Made by a program: the position numbers and the translations under genes. A stretch of DNA of 64,000 nt from Camelus dromedarius (lineage: Eukaryota): assembly GCF_036321535.1 (NCBI RefSeq), contig NC_087436.1, positions 102,550,001 through 102,614,000 of the forward strand, given 5' to 3'. The notes under the pieces were generated by a model, which made no database searches, was not told the DNA's origin, and saw only the letters and a list, made by a program, of their open reading frames with translations. Positions 50,991-62,674 of the stretch are shown here, one piece after another. Positions within the stretch are counted from its first letter, which is position 1, and every line of letters starts with the position of its first letter.

Positions 50991-51087
50991 GGAAGATTTA
51001 ATAGAAAAATGAGCTGAGCTAGATATTCATTAATTAAATGATTTCTATCAATAGAGAATGAGAATACTGTGTGGAAAATAAAGGGGA

Positions 51088-52168
51088 AAAATGGATAAAA
51101 ATGAAATCTTCAAGGATATTCCCGACTTTTGTCCCCACCACAAGAAGACCAGTCATCAACTACCCATAAATAAGACATGTATGTAAAAATCTCAGAAACT
51201 GGCTACTGCCAGGTTGAAGCAATCCCAGAGCCACAGAGACCTAGAAGGGCAGCATTAGAAAAGCGAATGAGTAGATACACTGACCACATTGTCCATCCCC
51301 AAGGCTGGATCTAGGGTTTCTCTAGTTGGAAAAATAATGCAAGATGGACACCCAGCTCCTGCAATTCCAAGGTGGCCCACTTGGGTCTCCCTTCACAGGG
51401 ATCATTGGGGAAATCTGCCAGGCTTGACCACTGAGGATCAGATAGAAACAGAGAAGGGTGGGGCAGGGATTACAGCCACCCATACTCAGATGTTGGCAAA
51501 GAGCATTATTCCTTGAAAAACTGTGCCCCAGCTGAGTTCCCAGCCAGGAGATCCAAGCCAGTGACCTGTTCTGCCTGGAAGCTTAATGCACAGGTCTGCC
51601 TGGTTTGGGTCATCAGCCAGAATCCATGCTCTGATATTGCCCAGGGAGGAAAGCAATTAACTAGCCCCTCCTACTGCTGAATATTGTCCCCAGTGCTGCA
51701 TGACCAGGAAGCTCAATCAGAGAACCCCCACAGCCTTGGAGCTCATCATCCCAAAGCAGAGTGCCAGGCCAGCAGTCCTGCCCAGCTGTGACAGGTATTC
51801 TGGGGCCCCACACAACAAGGGACACCTAGCAGTGACCCTGGATGGCCTTGGAACCCAGCCTACAGTACCACCCAGCTGCAGAGCCCAGTCTAGACATTGC
51901 CTGATTGTTGAACACGGTCTGCAGCCTTGCTCAGGCAAGGAGCCCAGGCAGTGACCCAGTCCAGTCACAGAGCAGAGCTTACAGCTCCACGTGATAAGGG
52001 AGCCCGAGACACTGACCCCGTCCAAGCACACCATCTCTGGTCCCACCCATGTGCTGGTTACAGGTGGCGGCCCCTCCAACCAAACAGCCCAGCCAGTGAC
52101 TTGGTCCAAAAGGAAGCAAAATCAGCAGCCCACTTAACCATGAGGCCTAGCCTTCAGCCCACACTACT
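51088..52168 (+). mobile_element. orphan L1 5'UTR (L1M2/L1M3-type)
   Basis: GC-rich, CpG-decayed; AAAATGG...TTTGTCCCCCACA...CAACTACCCATA...AAAATCTCAGAA...CTGACCACATTGTCCATCCCCAAGGC resembles an old L1 5' end; degenerate internal repeats. Confidence 0.68.
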
Positions 52169-52169
52169 T

Positions 52170-52514
52170 AAGAGGAAGACTTTCAAGATTTGTATTTGCC
52201 TTTGACAAATAATCTCATGGAGATCGTGGACTAGAGTCTGGGAAAGGGAGCTTCTATAGCAGTCTGTTTTTTTAAAAAGGCTCTTTTCCCTTTTTTTTTT
52301 TTTTTTTTTTTGTTTTCTTTTCTGTTCATTGTCAAGCAATCCTGGGCAGGGTTTTAGATATCTCCTGGGGTGTTTACATTTCAAAGACACAAGGAGATTT
52401 ACATCTTCTAAGAACAGAGAAAGAATGCAAGTTTCCTCCTAGGAGGCTCAGGGTACATTTCCTCTATTATCATAAGCCTAAGGCAGTTGCTATTTAAAAT
52501 GTTGCTTCTTATCA
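52170..52514 (-). mobile_element. ERV1-class LTR, U3 part (MER34-group-like)
   Basis: Minus strand begins TGATAAGAAGC; ATTCTTTCTCTGTTCTTAGAAGATGTAAATCT and CTTTGAAATGTAAACA motifs; truncated at about 52170. Confidence 0.55.
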
Positions 52515-53080
52515 GAAAATGAACTGCATGGGGAGCTTGTCCATCCCTTGCATTGTCAATCACCACAACATCCTCTCCTTTGTTCTCATTTTCCCAGGGA
52601 TTCCACCTCTCATCATCCTAATCAGGCTTTATCACAAGAGTTCAGATCTTAATCCATGGCAGCTTGCTCCCTACCAGCTTTGCAAAACGGCACCTAAGGT
52701 GTCTAATTTATTATCTTGCTCTCCCACTTTGTCGGCCAGCTCTGAAGCCTGCAGAGCAGTGGACATCTGCACATCCTTTAATGTCCTCAGCTCTTCCTCC
52801 AACTTTCTGATGCAAGTTTCAGCCTCTTGTTAGGTTATCAGTGTTCAGCCGACCAGTCCACAGTAAAGGCTGCTCAGTGCAGCAGCCATTCATCTTCCAT
52901 CTTTGCCCCAGTGTGTTTTGTGCAGTTCCTCAAATAGTCACATCAGACCAGCATTTCAGGGGTGTCCCTGCACTCATGTGGTAGTCCACAGGCATCTAAC
53001 TTCTGGGCCACCCCTCCCCACATAGAGGCAGATGGCCAACTTGGGATTTCCCCAGTGGCCGCCTCTTTCCCAAAGCCCGT
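52515..53080 (-). pseudogene. gag: decayed retroviral gag N-terminus (class III/ERVL-like)
   Basis: ACG-GFGKEAATGEIPSWPSASMWGGVAQKLDACG; coiled coil QEAETCIRKLEEELRTLKDVQMSTALQASELADKVGEQDNKLDTL; after a frameshift KPD*DDERWNPWE; starts 10 nt after the PBS; contains stops and frameshifts. Confidence 0.72.
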
Positions 53081-53089
53081 TTCTTCAGT

Positions 53090-53107
53090 CTCCTGGCTGG
53101 CTTGCCA
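53090..53107 (-). other. retroviral primer-binding site, tRNA-Arg(ACG)
   Basis: Minus strand TGGCAAGCCAGCCAGGAG, 17/18 complementary to the tRNA-Arg(ACG) 3' end CTCCTGGCTGGCTCGCCA (mismatch is a CpG transition); 2 nt after the LTR terminal CA. Confidence 0.9.
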
Positions 53108-53109
53108 CT

Positions 53110-53507
53110 TGTCGGTTCACGAACTGGCCCCCATACAGGGAGGGCATGAGGAGACTGGAAGAGCCAGGCCACTCCCGATTGGTAGGTGATAGGGTTAATA
53201 AGCTTGGGAACTTACATACAAGGTTCGTCTTGAGTGGCCGCAAGACGAGTAATCTCCACACCCACCTGCCAGAATCTAAAAGTTCATATACAGATTTTAA
53301 CTGGGTTCAGTCATCTGTACCAGCCAGATGGTCTCAACAACACATTGCTCTCTCAAGTCTGGGTCCTTGAAAGCAGCTCCCACTGCTGGAACAATGTGCA
53401 GAGTGTAATTACTAAGGACAGAGAAGGGGAGTGAGGAGCCTTCCAATGCCCAGGCCCAGCTCTGGAGTCAGTTGGCAGTCATGTCCTCCTGATGACCTCC
53501 TCCAGCA
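53110..53507 (-). mobile_element. complete 5' LTR (LTR47/MER70-group ERVL-like)
   Basis: Minus strand TGCTGGAGGAGGTCATC...CCGACA, 398 bp; TGTGTTGTTGAGACCATCTGG, TACTCGTCTTGCGGCCACTCAAGAC, decayed TATA and poly(A) signal; followed by the PBS. Confidence 0.85.
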
Positions 53508-54778
53508 GCCTGTGCACCTCAAAGGGTTAAGAATACTACAAATATTTGTAAAGGACAATTTAATTTAATGTATAGGATAAGTGATAGATTCCAATCAGCT
53601 CTTCCATATACGGTAAAAAGATTGAGTTGAAATTTGTCATAATGGTTTTACGGTGAAAATATTCAACCAAGAGAGGTAGGATGTTACCTGCAGGCAAAAT
53701 CATCAAAATCATGTTATTGTGGAGGCTTCATCAAATGAGTCTCTCATAAGCAAGCTACATATATGCATTATGATGACAGGAAAAGGGTGAGAAGTCAGAA
53801 AAAACACCTCAAATAGCAAAATACAAAGCATGATTTCTTCAATGCATATCAAGACAGAAAGAGCTGCATTTCACATATATTTAACAAATATCTATTTTCA
53901 ATAGTAGCAAAGAAAAGAAGCATGAAGATTATCAAATCCAATATTTAAAACAGTTCTGAAAAGGAGGCCTTATTATTCAATCAATAACACATTTACCAAG
54001 AATCTACATGTTGTCAGCATCTGGAATTGTATTAGAATTGATTAAGTTTATCTAAGAAAATACTGTTCTGAAATTACATAAAACATAATTTATTCAAGTG
54101 CTCATTCAATATACATTCATGCAGAGGTATAAAATAACCATCTTACTAAACCTGCTTAAAATGATCACTCTGAAATAAGATTCAGAAATTTCAACTACAA
54201 ACTTAACAGGAATCAATATTAAAGAAATTGAATAAATGCATCTGGAAGCAAGTTTCAAAAGAACCAAGGAACAAAACTGCAAGAATTGCATTTACCCTTA
54301 AAATAAGTTCGGTTTGAAACTTTCAAAAAGAGTTTTTATACTTTGAGCATTGATTAGAAAAAGTTAGAAATATAAATACCACTGAATCTAGGGAAGCGGA
54401 AAAATGATCCGCCTGAGTTAGAGAAACACAGAATATCAAATTTAAGGGAAATGTAGCGTGGCCAAACAGATCTTTATTAAAATCAAGATATTTGTGTGTA
54501 TTGAATTGCATATGAAAAGGAAACATCCACTTTGCAAGCTTTTCATTTTACTATTAATGATTAATGAGTAAGAAAGTCAACAATGCATGACCCAACAATA
54601 AAAACAAAAGGCATACCTTGTTCTTCAGACAACAGAGTGCTATAAAGAGAAACCATCACATACGTGGTATTTTTAAAAATACATCAACAAACAAAAGTTG
54701 CAGATGTTGTGGTACAACTATGTATAAAGTATAACAAACATGAGAAAGTTTAATAACTTGAAGGTAAATTAATGTACC

Positions 54779-54913
54779 TGTTATGAAATAAATTGTGTCC
54801 CCCTAAAATTCGTATGTTGAAGTTTTTGACCTCCAGTTCTTTGGAATGTAACTCTATTTACAGATAGGTCTTTAAAAGATAGAGTTAAAATGAGGTCATT
54901 AGGATGGACCGTA
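54779..54913 (+). mobile_element. MLT1B-like LTR, 5' third only
   Basis: TGTTATG...AATTGTGTCCCCTAAAATTCGTATGTTGAAG...GTTAAAATGAGGTCATTAGGATGGACC, then an abrupt end. Confidence 0.85.
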
Positions 54914-55721
54914 GGGTTTCCCACCTATGCTTAATGTAAAAATACATGAGGATAAATGAGTGTAACACAAGTAGCTCCTTTCATGTTTGGCAAAAATATA
55001 CTTTGTAAGTAAATAATTTTACTTTGAAACAATTAATACATGACAAGTTATCTAGCAAATGTCAAAATTTCTAAGTGACAAAGTGCAGTCAAAAATTCTA
55101 TAAACACTTGATTGGACTCAAATGGTTTCCTGGGGAAAAAAACTTTATATAATAATATTCATCTTAATTAAAGTAATGCTTACTGGTGACTTGAATATGG
55201 TATTTCTGGTCAATAAATCAAACACAAAAGATCAATAACTGAATTAAATTCTATTTAGAGGCCCCATCTCCCATTTTAAAACCAACAAAATAATTTTTTA
55301 AAATTAGCTGCTGCTTCTTCTTCTTCTGTTTCTTTTCATTTTTGAAACAAGACTAGGTATTTGGAACACTCATTGAAAAACAAATGAAGGAGCTAAAATT
55401 ACCCTATGCCATGTATTCACATTTTGGAATGTGATCCTGTTGAGATGTTTTCAGCTGACAGAATATTCAATGAGATATACAGATCTTAGTTTAAAAAATG
55501 GATCAAGGACAGCACAAACAGAATATAAACACGATTTTTTTATTTCAAATCAGAAATTCCATATTCAGAAATGTACAGCTTGGACACTTACAACTCAATA
55601 AATGTGCCAGTACAAATGGATTTAAGTTTCCTGACAATAAGTCAAATAAATACATACTTGTTAAGTAAAAGAAAACACATTTATAGATATCCCGGAATTT
55701 AAATCAAAAATAAAATTTAAG

Positions 55722-55793
55722 AATATATGTATATATATGAACATGAATATATATATATTATATATATGTATATATATATAAAATATATATATA
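55722..55793. repeat. (TA)n-rich microsatellite
   Basis: ATATATGTATATATATG...ATATATATATTATATATATGTATATATATATAAAATATATATATA. Confidence 0.9.
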
Positions 55794-55795
55794 AT

Positions 55796-56285
55796 GCTGC
55801 TTGGAGTGTTCTGGTTAAAAATATTTGGAAGTCAGAGTTTAAAGTACTTTATAAAACTATATCACTTGCTTGCCGTGTGGTATTTATTTAAACATTTAGT
55901 GTCCCATTTCTCAATCAGCGCAACCTCCTTTTTGCCATATGACACTAGGGTCAGGATATTATATTATTATAAAAGCTCATACCCATTCTATATTTGCTTT
56001 GAACTCTTTGATGATAATTTTTTCACCTTCTGTCGTTGTCTTCAGACAGGGAGACTGAAGCTAAATGACTTATTCAAGGGCACTAGGTCAGCCAGCATTA
56101 TGCTATTGATTTAGATTAATAGTTTTTATTTTCCCAGTTGGATGGACCCCCTGAGCCTTGTCAATTGTAATTCCATTTCCATAAAATAGGGATAATAATA
56201 CTTAACACCTAGATCAATTGAGTACCTCTGCAATTATTCTCTTATATGTAAAGTACTTTGAGCACAGGAAATGAAGTGTAGTCTT
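55796..56285. mobile_element. cluster of degraded MIR fragments (+, -, +)
   Basis: GGTTAAAAATATTTGGAAGTCAGA (+); ACAGGGAGACTGAAGCTAAATGACTTATTCAAGG (-); CATAAAATAGGGATAATAATAC (+). Confidence 0.5.
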
Positions 56286-58939
56286 TTAAACTGCAAACTG
56301 CTTAGAAGAGAGAAGAGACGGCTGAGAGATGTTATAGGTCTGTTTGATTTTTGGGTGGGCTAACTTTCAGCAGAGGAATTCGATTTATTCCCTGTTGCTC
56401 AAGATAGTGGTTTTTTGGGGATTGTTGTTGTTGTTGTTTCCCTATTTAGTAAAATACACCAGAATTTAAGCATCCGAATATTATTGCCATTTTGAATAGT
56501 TACCATGGGGGACTGAGTTATTATTCATTGAAATATTTTGACCATCCTATTTAAAAGTCCAACCCTCTTTTCCAAAAGTCTAAACCCTCTTATCCTAATC
56601 TATCTTTTCTTGTATTTTTCAAATTACTTTTTAATTCTCTGATAATGACTTACTTATTTACTTGATTTTTTTAAAATTAGCTTTACTTATTAAATTTTAT
56701 CACTTCCTCTTCCTCCGATCATTTGCTTATTTATAAATTCCTTAAGCAAAAAATGTTTGTTTGTTGTTATGATTGGGGCAGTGGTGGTGGCTAATGACAC
56801 CATTATCATGATTACTATAAATTATTAAGATTTTGGTGAGTATACCTTAAACGTCCATGTAACAGCTGGCCATGCTGGTGAAGGTCGCAGAGTTAGTAGC
56901 AGAAGTTCCATCCAGTGGGGCCTCTAGGTCTCCAGACCAGTGACTTTTTCCCTGACTCCATGCTTTTTGTCATAGCTATCTAGCTAGCTAGCTATCTCTA
57001 TTTATTCCCAGTTAAAATGTTTTCTTCTTCTCTTCTTACATTTCTTTTCATTTTTTCTTTTGTGTGTGTATGTCTGACACTTGATACCTTCCCCAAAATA
57101 GAAAATTACCTATGGGATTGAAGTGCAGTTTGGAAATATAAGTTGTCAGTTAAAATGCTGAACACTCAGAAACACTGTATGACTGTCCTGAGTTAACAAA
57201 TCGCCCAGGGTCATCTTAGTTTCCTCTCCTTGGCTAAATAATCTCCCTCTCGGCTTAAATGTAAGCTCAAATAATGTGTGCATAGTATTTACGCTGCATT
57301 GCAAGATGTATTTCATTTTCACTTTTAATATCACCTCTACTATGGCTCATATGTTACCATAATATATGGATTTTGCTTTTGTGTAAAATTACATTGTTTC
57401 CCAAAAGGGAAAAGTGGCACATAAGGTAAAATGAACAAATAGTGGAATGCTTTCAAATGCAGTCTTCAACATCCTGTTATGCCAAGGAAGTGCTTGGAAC
57501 ACAGATACAAACTGCTTATTTACAAATGCTTTGAAAAAGTAACAATTTATTGTCACGGCATCCCCGAGAGGATGGTTAAATAATCCAGATATTTCGCAGC
57601 TTTAATAGTGTCAATATCTCTAATATAAATTTAACCAAAAAAGCATTTTGTTATGTTCAGTCTATTTGACAGTTAGAGAGTTAAATCTATGTTGCCATAA
57701 AATATATCTAGGATAATAAAAATTAGGGTGTTTGGGAGTTTGCCAATCATTAAATGTTAAGCTTTTCTTCTGTTTGCCCCAGCAAGCTTTATAAAGTAAT
57801 CTCACATGATATATAACATCTCATCTTCAGTTTGAAAATAACCTTTATTTTTAATTTCAGTGGAAAATATGGAGTTTTAGAAGTACCTTAACTTTCTAAT
57901 TATTTTTTTAAATAGGAGTCACAATTGCCTTTATCATTCCAATTCAAGAATTGATATGGAAGTTTTAAGTAATGTTGCTATAATATTCTATATTTACAAT
58001 TTTGTTTTTAAGTATCTGCATGACCTGTGCTATATATATTGTATTTCTAATTAAATGTACATTGCAGTGGAATGCATATTACATCATAGTATAATACAGT
58101 GCTTTATACCCAATCTCAAATCAGTGCTATACATTGTCCATTATATTAAATGCACAATACAGTTAACATTTTATTGAAATTGTATTAAAATATGATAGCT
58201 TGTGATATATCAGCAACCGTATGTTATCTATGTTAAATAAAATAAGGATGGCAGGAACTTTCTGGTGTTTTAAATTAGTAAGAATCCTGTTTATTGGTGC
58301 TTTCCATAAGAAAACAGAGTAAATTATATTTTGACTATTTCAAAGAGCAGAAAGCAGCATAGCTGTTCAGTTCCTTACCTTCAGGTGGTTAACTCTGCTC
58401 TTCTTGTAATAGGAACATTTGTATTACCATTTTTTATCAATTTGTTAGATTTTACACATAAGTAGTCTTTATAAGCATTTCTGAAAATGCAAGAAAATGT
58501 AAATGAAAATTATGACATCATATAGGTATTTACCTCATTAAAGATGGTGCTTTAACAAAGTTAGGTAAACTGTTTCTTCCTTTTTTTTAATTTAAAAATT
58601 AACAACAGCCACATTTGGCTTATGCTTTGCAAGTTATAAAGAGATATTGTAATAACATGCAAGTTAAAATGATTTTACATAGCAGTAAGGTAAGTGTAGT
58701 AATTTTCTATAAGGTTTATATTGTTGAGTTTACTTCCACGTGGGCTTCAAAATATCCAGATATGGACTGTTAATTAATGGTTTCTCCTTTGCTAAAGAAA
58801 CAGTTAACCAGACTAATCCTTTCCTAACTGTACTTCACTCATGTGAATTGACTCATTCATTCAACATCCCTGTGTTGGGTCTCCCTAGCTAGTTTCCCAG
58901 CAGTTCCAGGAAGTTAACTCCCACCTGATTTTCAGTCCT

Positions 58940-59640
58940 TACCCATCTAAATCCTCCAACTTAAACAACTGCATCTCCTCTCTACTCTCAAACCAACAGC
59001 TCTCCTTTGGGGAACTACAAATACCCCATACTTGCCTGCCTTCATTCATGCCCTGACTAATCTAACCTTAATCTCTTTTAAGCCACCACATTTGGGAGTA
59101 GGTAATTAAGTTTTGTTATCATGTAACACATTTTAGTTGTTTATCAAATGTGCTAATTATCTATTCAAACCTAAAATGTAAGTTTTGCATAAACTTCTAA
59201 GGGCAGGACTTATCATTTGTTCTAAATATTTTTTCTTTTCTAATTAGGGAAGCATACATATCACATCAATGTCATTTGCATACCTTTAATCCATGTTTTC
59301 TGTGATCACACTGCCTGACTGGTTAAGGCCTTCATCATGTCACCAAGATTATTATAGTAGCCTCTCAAATGATGGTCTTGCTGTCTCTCCTACACTGCCG
59401 CAAATTCTCGTTGCAAACTCAAACCTGACCACTCCATTATCTTCATACCATTCTCGGAAGCCCTCCAGTGCAGAAGAAAGGCCAATCATATACACACCAG
59501 AGCATTCAAAGCTGTCTTGTGTTTTGCTCCTCTGCCTCTTTGATTTCTGTTTTTCTCCAAAGGTGTGCTGGATTTTTTACTATCTCCAGAAAACATTGGT
59601 CCTTCTATGGTTTTGTATGTTTGTTCATACTGCTTGTTTG
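58940..59640 (+). mobile_element. L2 fragments
   Basis: AAACTTCTAAGGGCAGGACT; AGGCCTTCATCATGTCACCAAGATTATTATAGTAGCCTCTCAAATG; GCATTCAAAGC. Confidence 0.55.
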
Positions 59641-59904
59641 AAAAATCATAGAAAATAAATAAGAAATAATAAAGTAACTTTTTGAGTCTCTAGCTTAAAT
59701 AGATACCTATACTTTTAAATTTTTATTTCTTGCTCTCCTTCAGGACAAGGCAATGTTATAGCCTTCAGTCTTCCCCAAGTCCCTTATTTATGCAGTGAAT
59801 ACACCCAGCAATAATCTGTTTATCACTTCGTTAAAGTACTTTGTTTATATCAGAAGTTCTCATACATTTTGTTCTCACAACTTCTTTACAATTTTTTAGT
59901 TACC

Positions 59905-60252
59905 AAGGTTGCCAAGTTGGTTTATATGGGTTATATCAATTGACATTTATTGTATTATAAATAAAACTAATTTTAAAGTAATAATGTATTAATTTATTTA
60001 AAATAATAGTAGACAAGTTACATGTTACCATAAAACATTTTTTTGTGAAAATTAGCTATATTTGTTGAAAAAGAAAAAAAAGGAGAAAGAGTGGCATTAA
60101 GTTACATTTTACAAATTTCTTTAATGTCTGGCTTAATAGATGGCATTCAGATTCTCATATCTGCTTCCATACACAAGTGTTTACAATATGTTGTTTTGGT
60201 TGGCATGTGTGGAAAAAATAAAAATCCAACCTCACACAGATAGATAATTGAT
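59905..60252 (-). mobile_element. Charlie1 (hAT DNA transposon) 3' fragment
   Basis: AGAGTGGCATT...TTTAATGTCTGGCTTAATAGA...GATTCTCATATCTGCTTC; the minus-strand ORF ends EADMRI, matching the transposase C-terminus (AEADMRIQLSSIKPDIKEI). Confidence 0.85.
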
Positions 60253-60906
60253 GTGTGTAAAATTTCTATGTAAATTTTCATTTCTTTTGATATATTGATG
60301 ATCAACATGATAAATAACCAATATATCTTGATTACAGTACCCATGTGGATCTGTTTTCTTACCCATAAATTAATGCTGGTGTCTTATGATCATTTTATCT
60401 TAAGGAATCAGAATTTCGTGTAAAACTATAGAGGGAGAGATAATTCTCAGAATTGTCAACTCTGCTTTACTAAGACAATCATATGTATAAACTTTCTTCT
60501 CCATTCTCTTGTCATTACTCCACCATAAGGTTTTCATTACTCTTTTGATTTCCTGTGTTTGTGATAATTGACTAGCATTTCCTCGTGGGCTGTCTTCTCA
60601 CCCTAGATGACCTCTTTACAATTTCTGAGACCACCAGCTTGACTTTCTGAAATGTCTACATTACTTTGTAAGACATGTTCTTTCTTTAACACCCTCCTTC
60701 TCTCATTGAGTGTCTCTGGCAGTATACTCCCCCTTTAATAAAAGAAATGGTGTCATATTTCTTAAATTAAATTGGGCAAAAATAGAGTGAAAATCGTAAC
60801 AGTATATCACGATTAACTAACTGGTTACATTTAAGGAATTTGTAGGAAGTAATACGTCATACTTCTGTGTCCCTTTTGGTTTATGGTAATAAAGTTTGTA
60901 ACATAT

Positions 60907-60986
60907 ATATTCAATAAATACTGAATATAATATAAATATTCAACATATTAAATACATACTGAGTATAATATAAATATTCAATAAAT
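60907..60986. repeat. AT-rich 38-bp-period duplication
   Basis: ATACTGA(A/G)TATAATATAAATATTCAA at 60918-60943 and 60956-60981. Confidence 0.85.
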
Positions 60987-61012
60987 TCAGTGTCAGTTGA
61001 TTGATAAATACT

Positions 61013-61555
61013 TGTGGTAGATTGACTGCAATAATGGCCCCAGCCAATGACCTCTTGTATCCATAGAATATGATTTTGCAACTTATTCTTTCAACAAGTG
61101 AAATTTATTTTTCCACTTCTGAAATATGTGCAGAATTTTTCTTTTTAAATGGAATACAATGTTTTCTAAGATTTGTCCTTAAGAGCTCTGAAGACAAATT
61201 AACCTCCTTCTCCTTCTCCTCCTCCCTCTTTTTCATCTGTCTGTCTGTCTCTCCCTCTTTCTCTCTCTCTTTCCTTACTCTATCTCCACCATGACAAAAA
61301 GTCTGGACTAGCTTGCTGGAGTATGAGAGACAACTTGTAAGAGAGTTCCACCGTGCAGGCAGCTTACACCTAGAAGCAGACTGAAAGCTCACAGTTTTCA
61401 CAGACACAAAAGAAAGACAATTGAGACCAGAAGAACTACTCAAATGAGCTCAGGCTAAATCACTGATCAACAAAATCATGAACAAAATAAATGGTTATTA
61501 CTTAAGGGACTAAGATTTGGGAAGGTTTGTTACTAAGCAATAGATAACTGATGCA
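61013..61555 (+). mobile_element. complete solo MaLR LTR (MLT1H-like)
   Basis: TGTGGTAGATTGACTGCAATAATGGCC...GACCAGAAGAACTAC...AATAAATGGTTATT...GCAATAGATAACTGATGCA. Confidence 0.85.
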
Positions 61556-62091
61556 ACATTGTACAGGATTATGTTGGCTTGCTTTTTTTCAAGTATTATT
61601 CTCTAGAAATTATATATTTTTTGACCTGAGATCTGAGACAAAATTGATTGCACGATGAAAAACAAAATTTTCAGACCTAAGACATATAAAATTCTCATCT
61701 CTTAGTGAATTTCATGTTCATTTTATTTTAGTCTCTTTCTCAGTCAAGATTATCCATCACTCCATGACTGAGGATGGATACTCATGGAAAACAATTCTCT
61801 TGTCTTAGAAAAACTGCTTTTATAAATAAATGTTAAACTTTTCTTTCTCAGTTCAGCGCTACCCTAATATAATTTATTTTAATTATTTTAAATATTTTCT
61901 GGTGCTTTTCTAGTTCTTGTGTCAGAGTATATCACATGTAGATAACAAAGGTAAGAAATAGTGACCCCTGAAATGACATTCATAATTCTTTAAAACAATA
62001 GTGGTAAAATAAAACAATGAGTGGTAGAAGATTAATTTCCATTTCCTAGCCCCTCTTTAAATTTTGTTACAATAAAGATAGATCAAATTCT

Positions 62092-62670
62092 TAATTCATT
62101 TAGTGAACAGTGTATCCACTCTGAACCATGTGCAGGCTAGGAGCATAAAAGGGTGTACAATGGAGAATAAAATAAAATGGACTCTGCTATTATGAAACTT
62201 ACAGTAAAGCAGGGGAAGACAGACATCATTCACATAACTACCAAAATTATACATCATAGTAAGAGCTATAAAGGAAAATAATAGGATCTATAAAACAAAA
62301 TTGGGGCTGAGGTAGACTATAATTTAGATTGGGGATCCATTAAAGTGTCCTGTTAAAAGTGACATTTATCAGAGAGTTAAAGTTTGAATAAAAAGCAAAT
62401 ATATTGCAAGTATGGGAAAGAGAAGGCCAGAAAGAAAGAATGATACTTGAAAATGCCTTAAGGTGGAAAACAGGCTGGTATCTGAAGGAAACAAAGTATC
62501 AGTGTGGTTGAGAGAGGGGTAATGATTCTCCACTAGGTTGCAGAGGAAGACGGGCAGTTGACTTGTCTGGCTGAGTACACCTTGATGAGAATTATACATT
62601 TTATATTCTAAGTACCCAGTGAGTCAGTCAGGGGAATTAAGGAAGTTGAAAGTATGGTTCAATACATACT
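62092..62670 (-). mobile_element. L2a 3' part
   Basis: ATGAAACTTACAGTAAAGCAGGGGAAGACAGACAT...AAGTGACATTT...TTTTATTCTAAGTA. Confidence 0.8.
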
Positions 62671-62674
62671 TCCT

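Noticed and set aside
53090..53107. tRNA-Arg gene fragment
   Set aside because: Only the 3' 18 nt including CCA match, and it abuts an LTR end, so it is a primer-binding site.
51100..53500. CpG island or host promoter, and the overlapping ORFs at 51289-53434
   Set aside because: GC-rich but mostly CpG-depleted and explained by the L1 5'UTR and ERV sequence; the listed ORFs are off-frame or antisense to gag.
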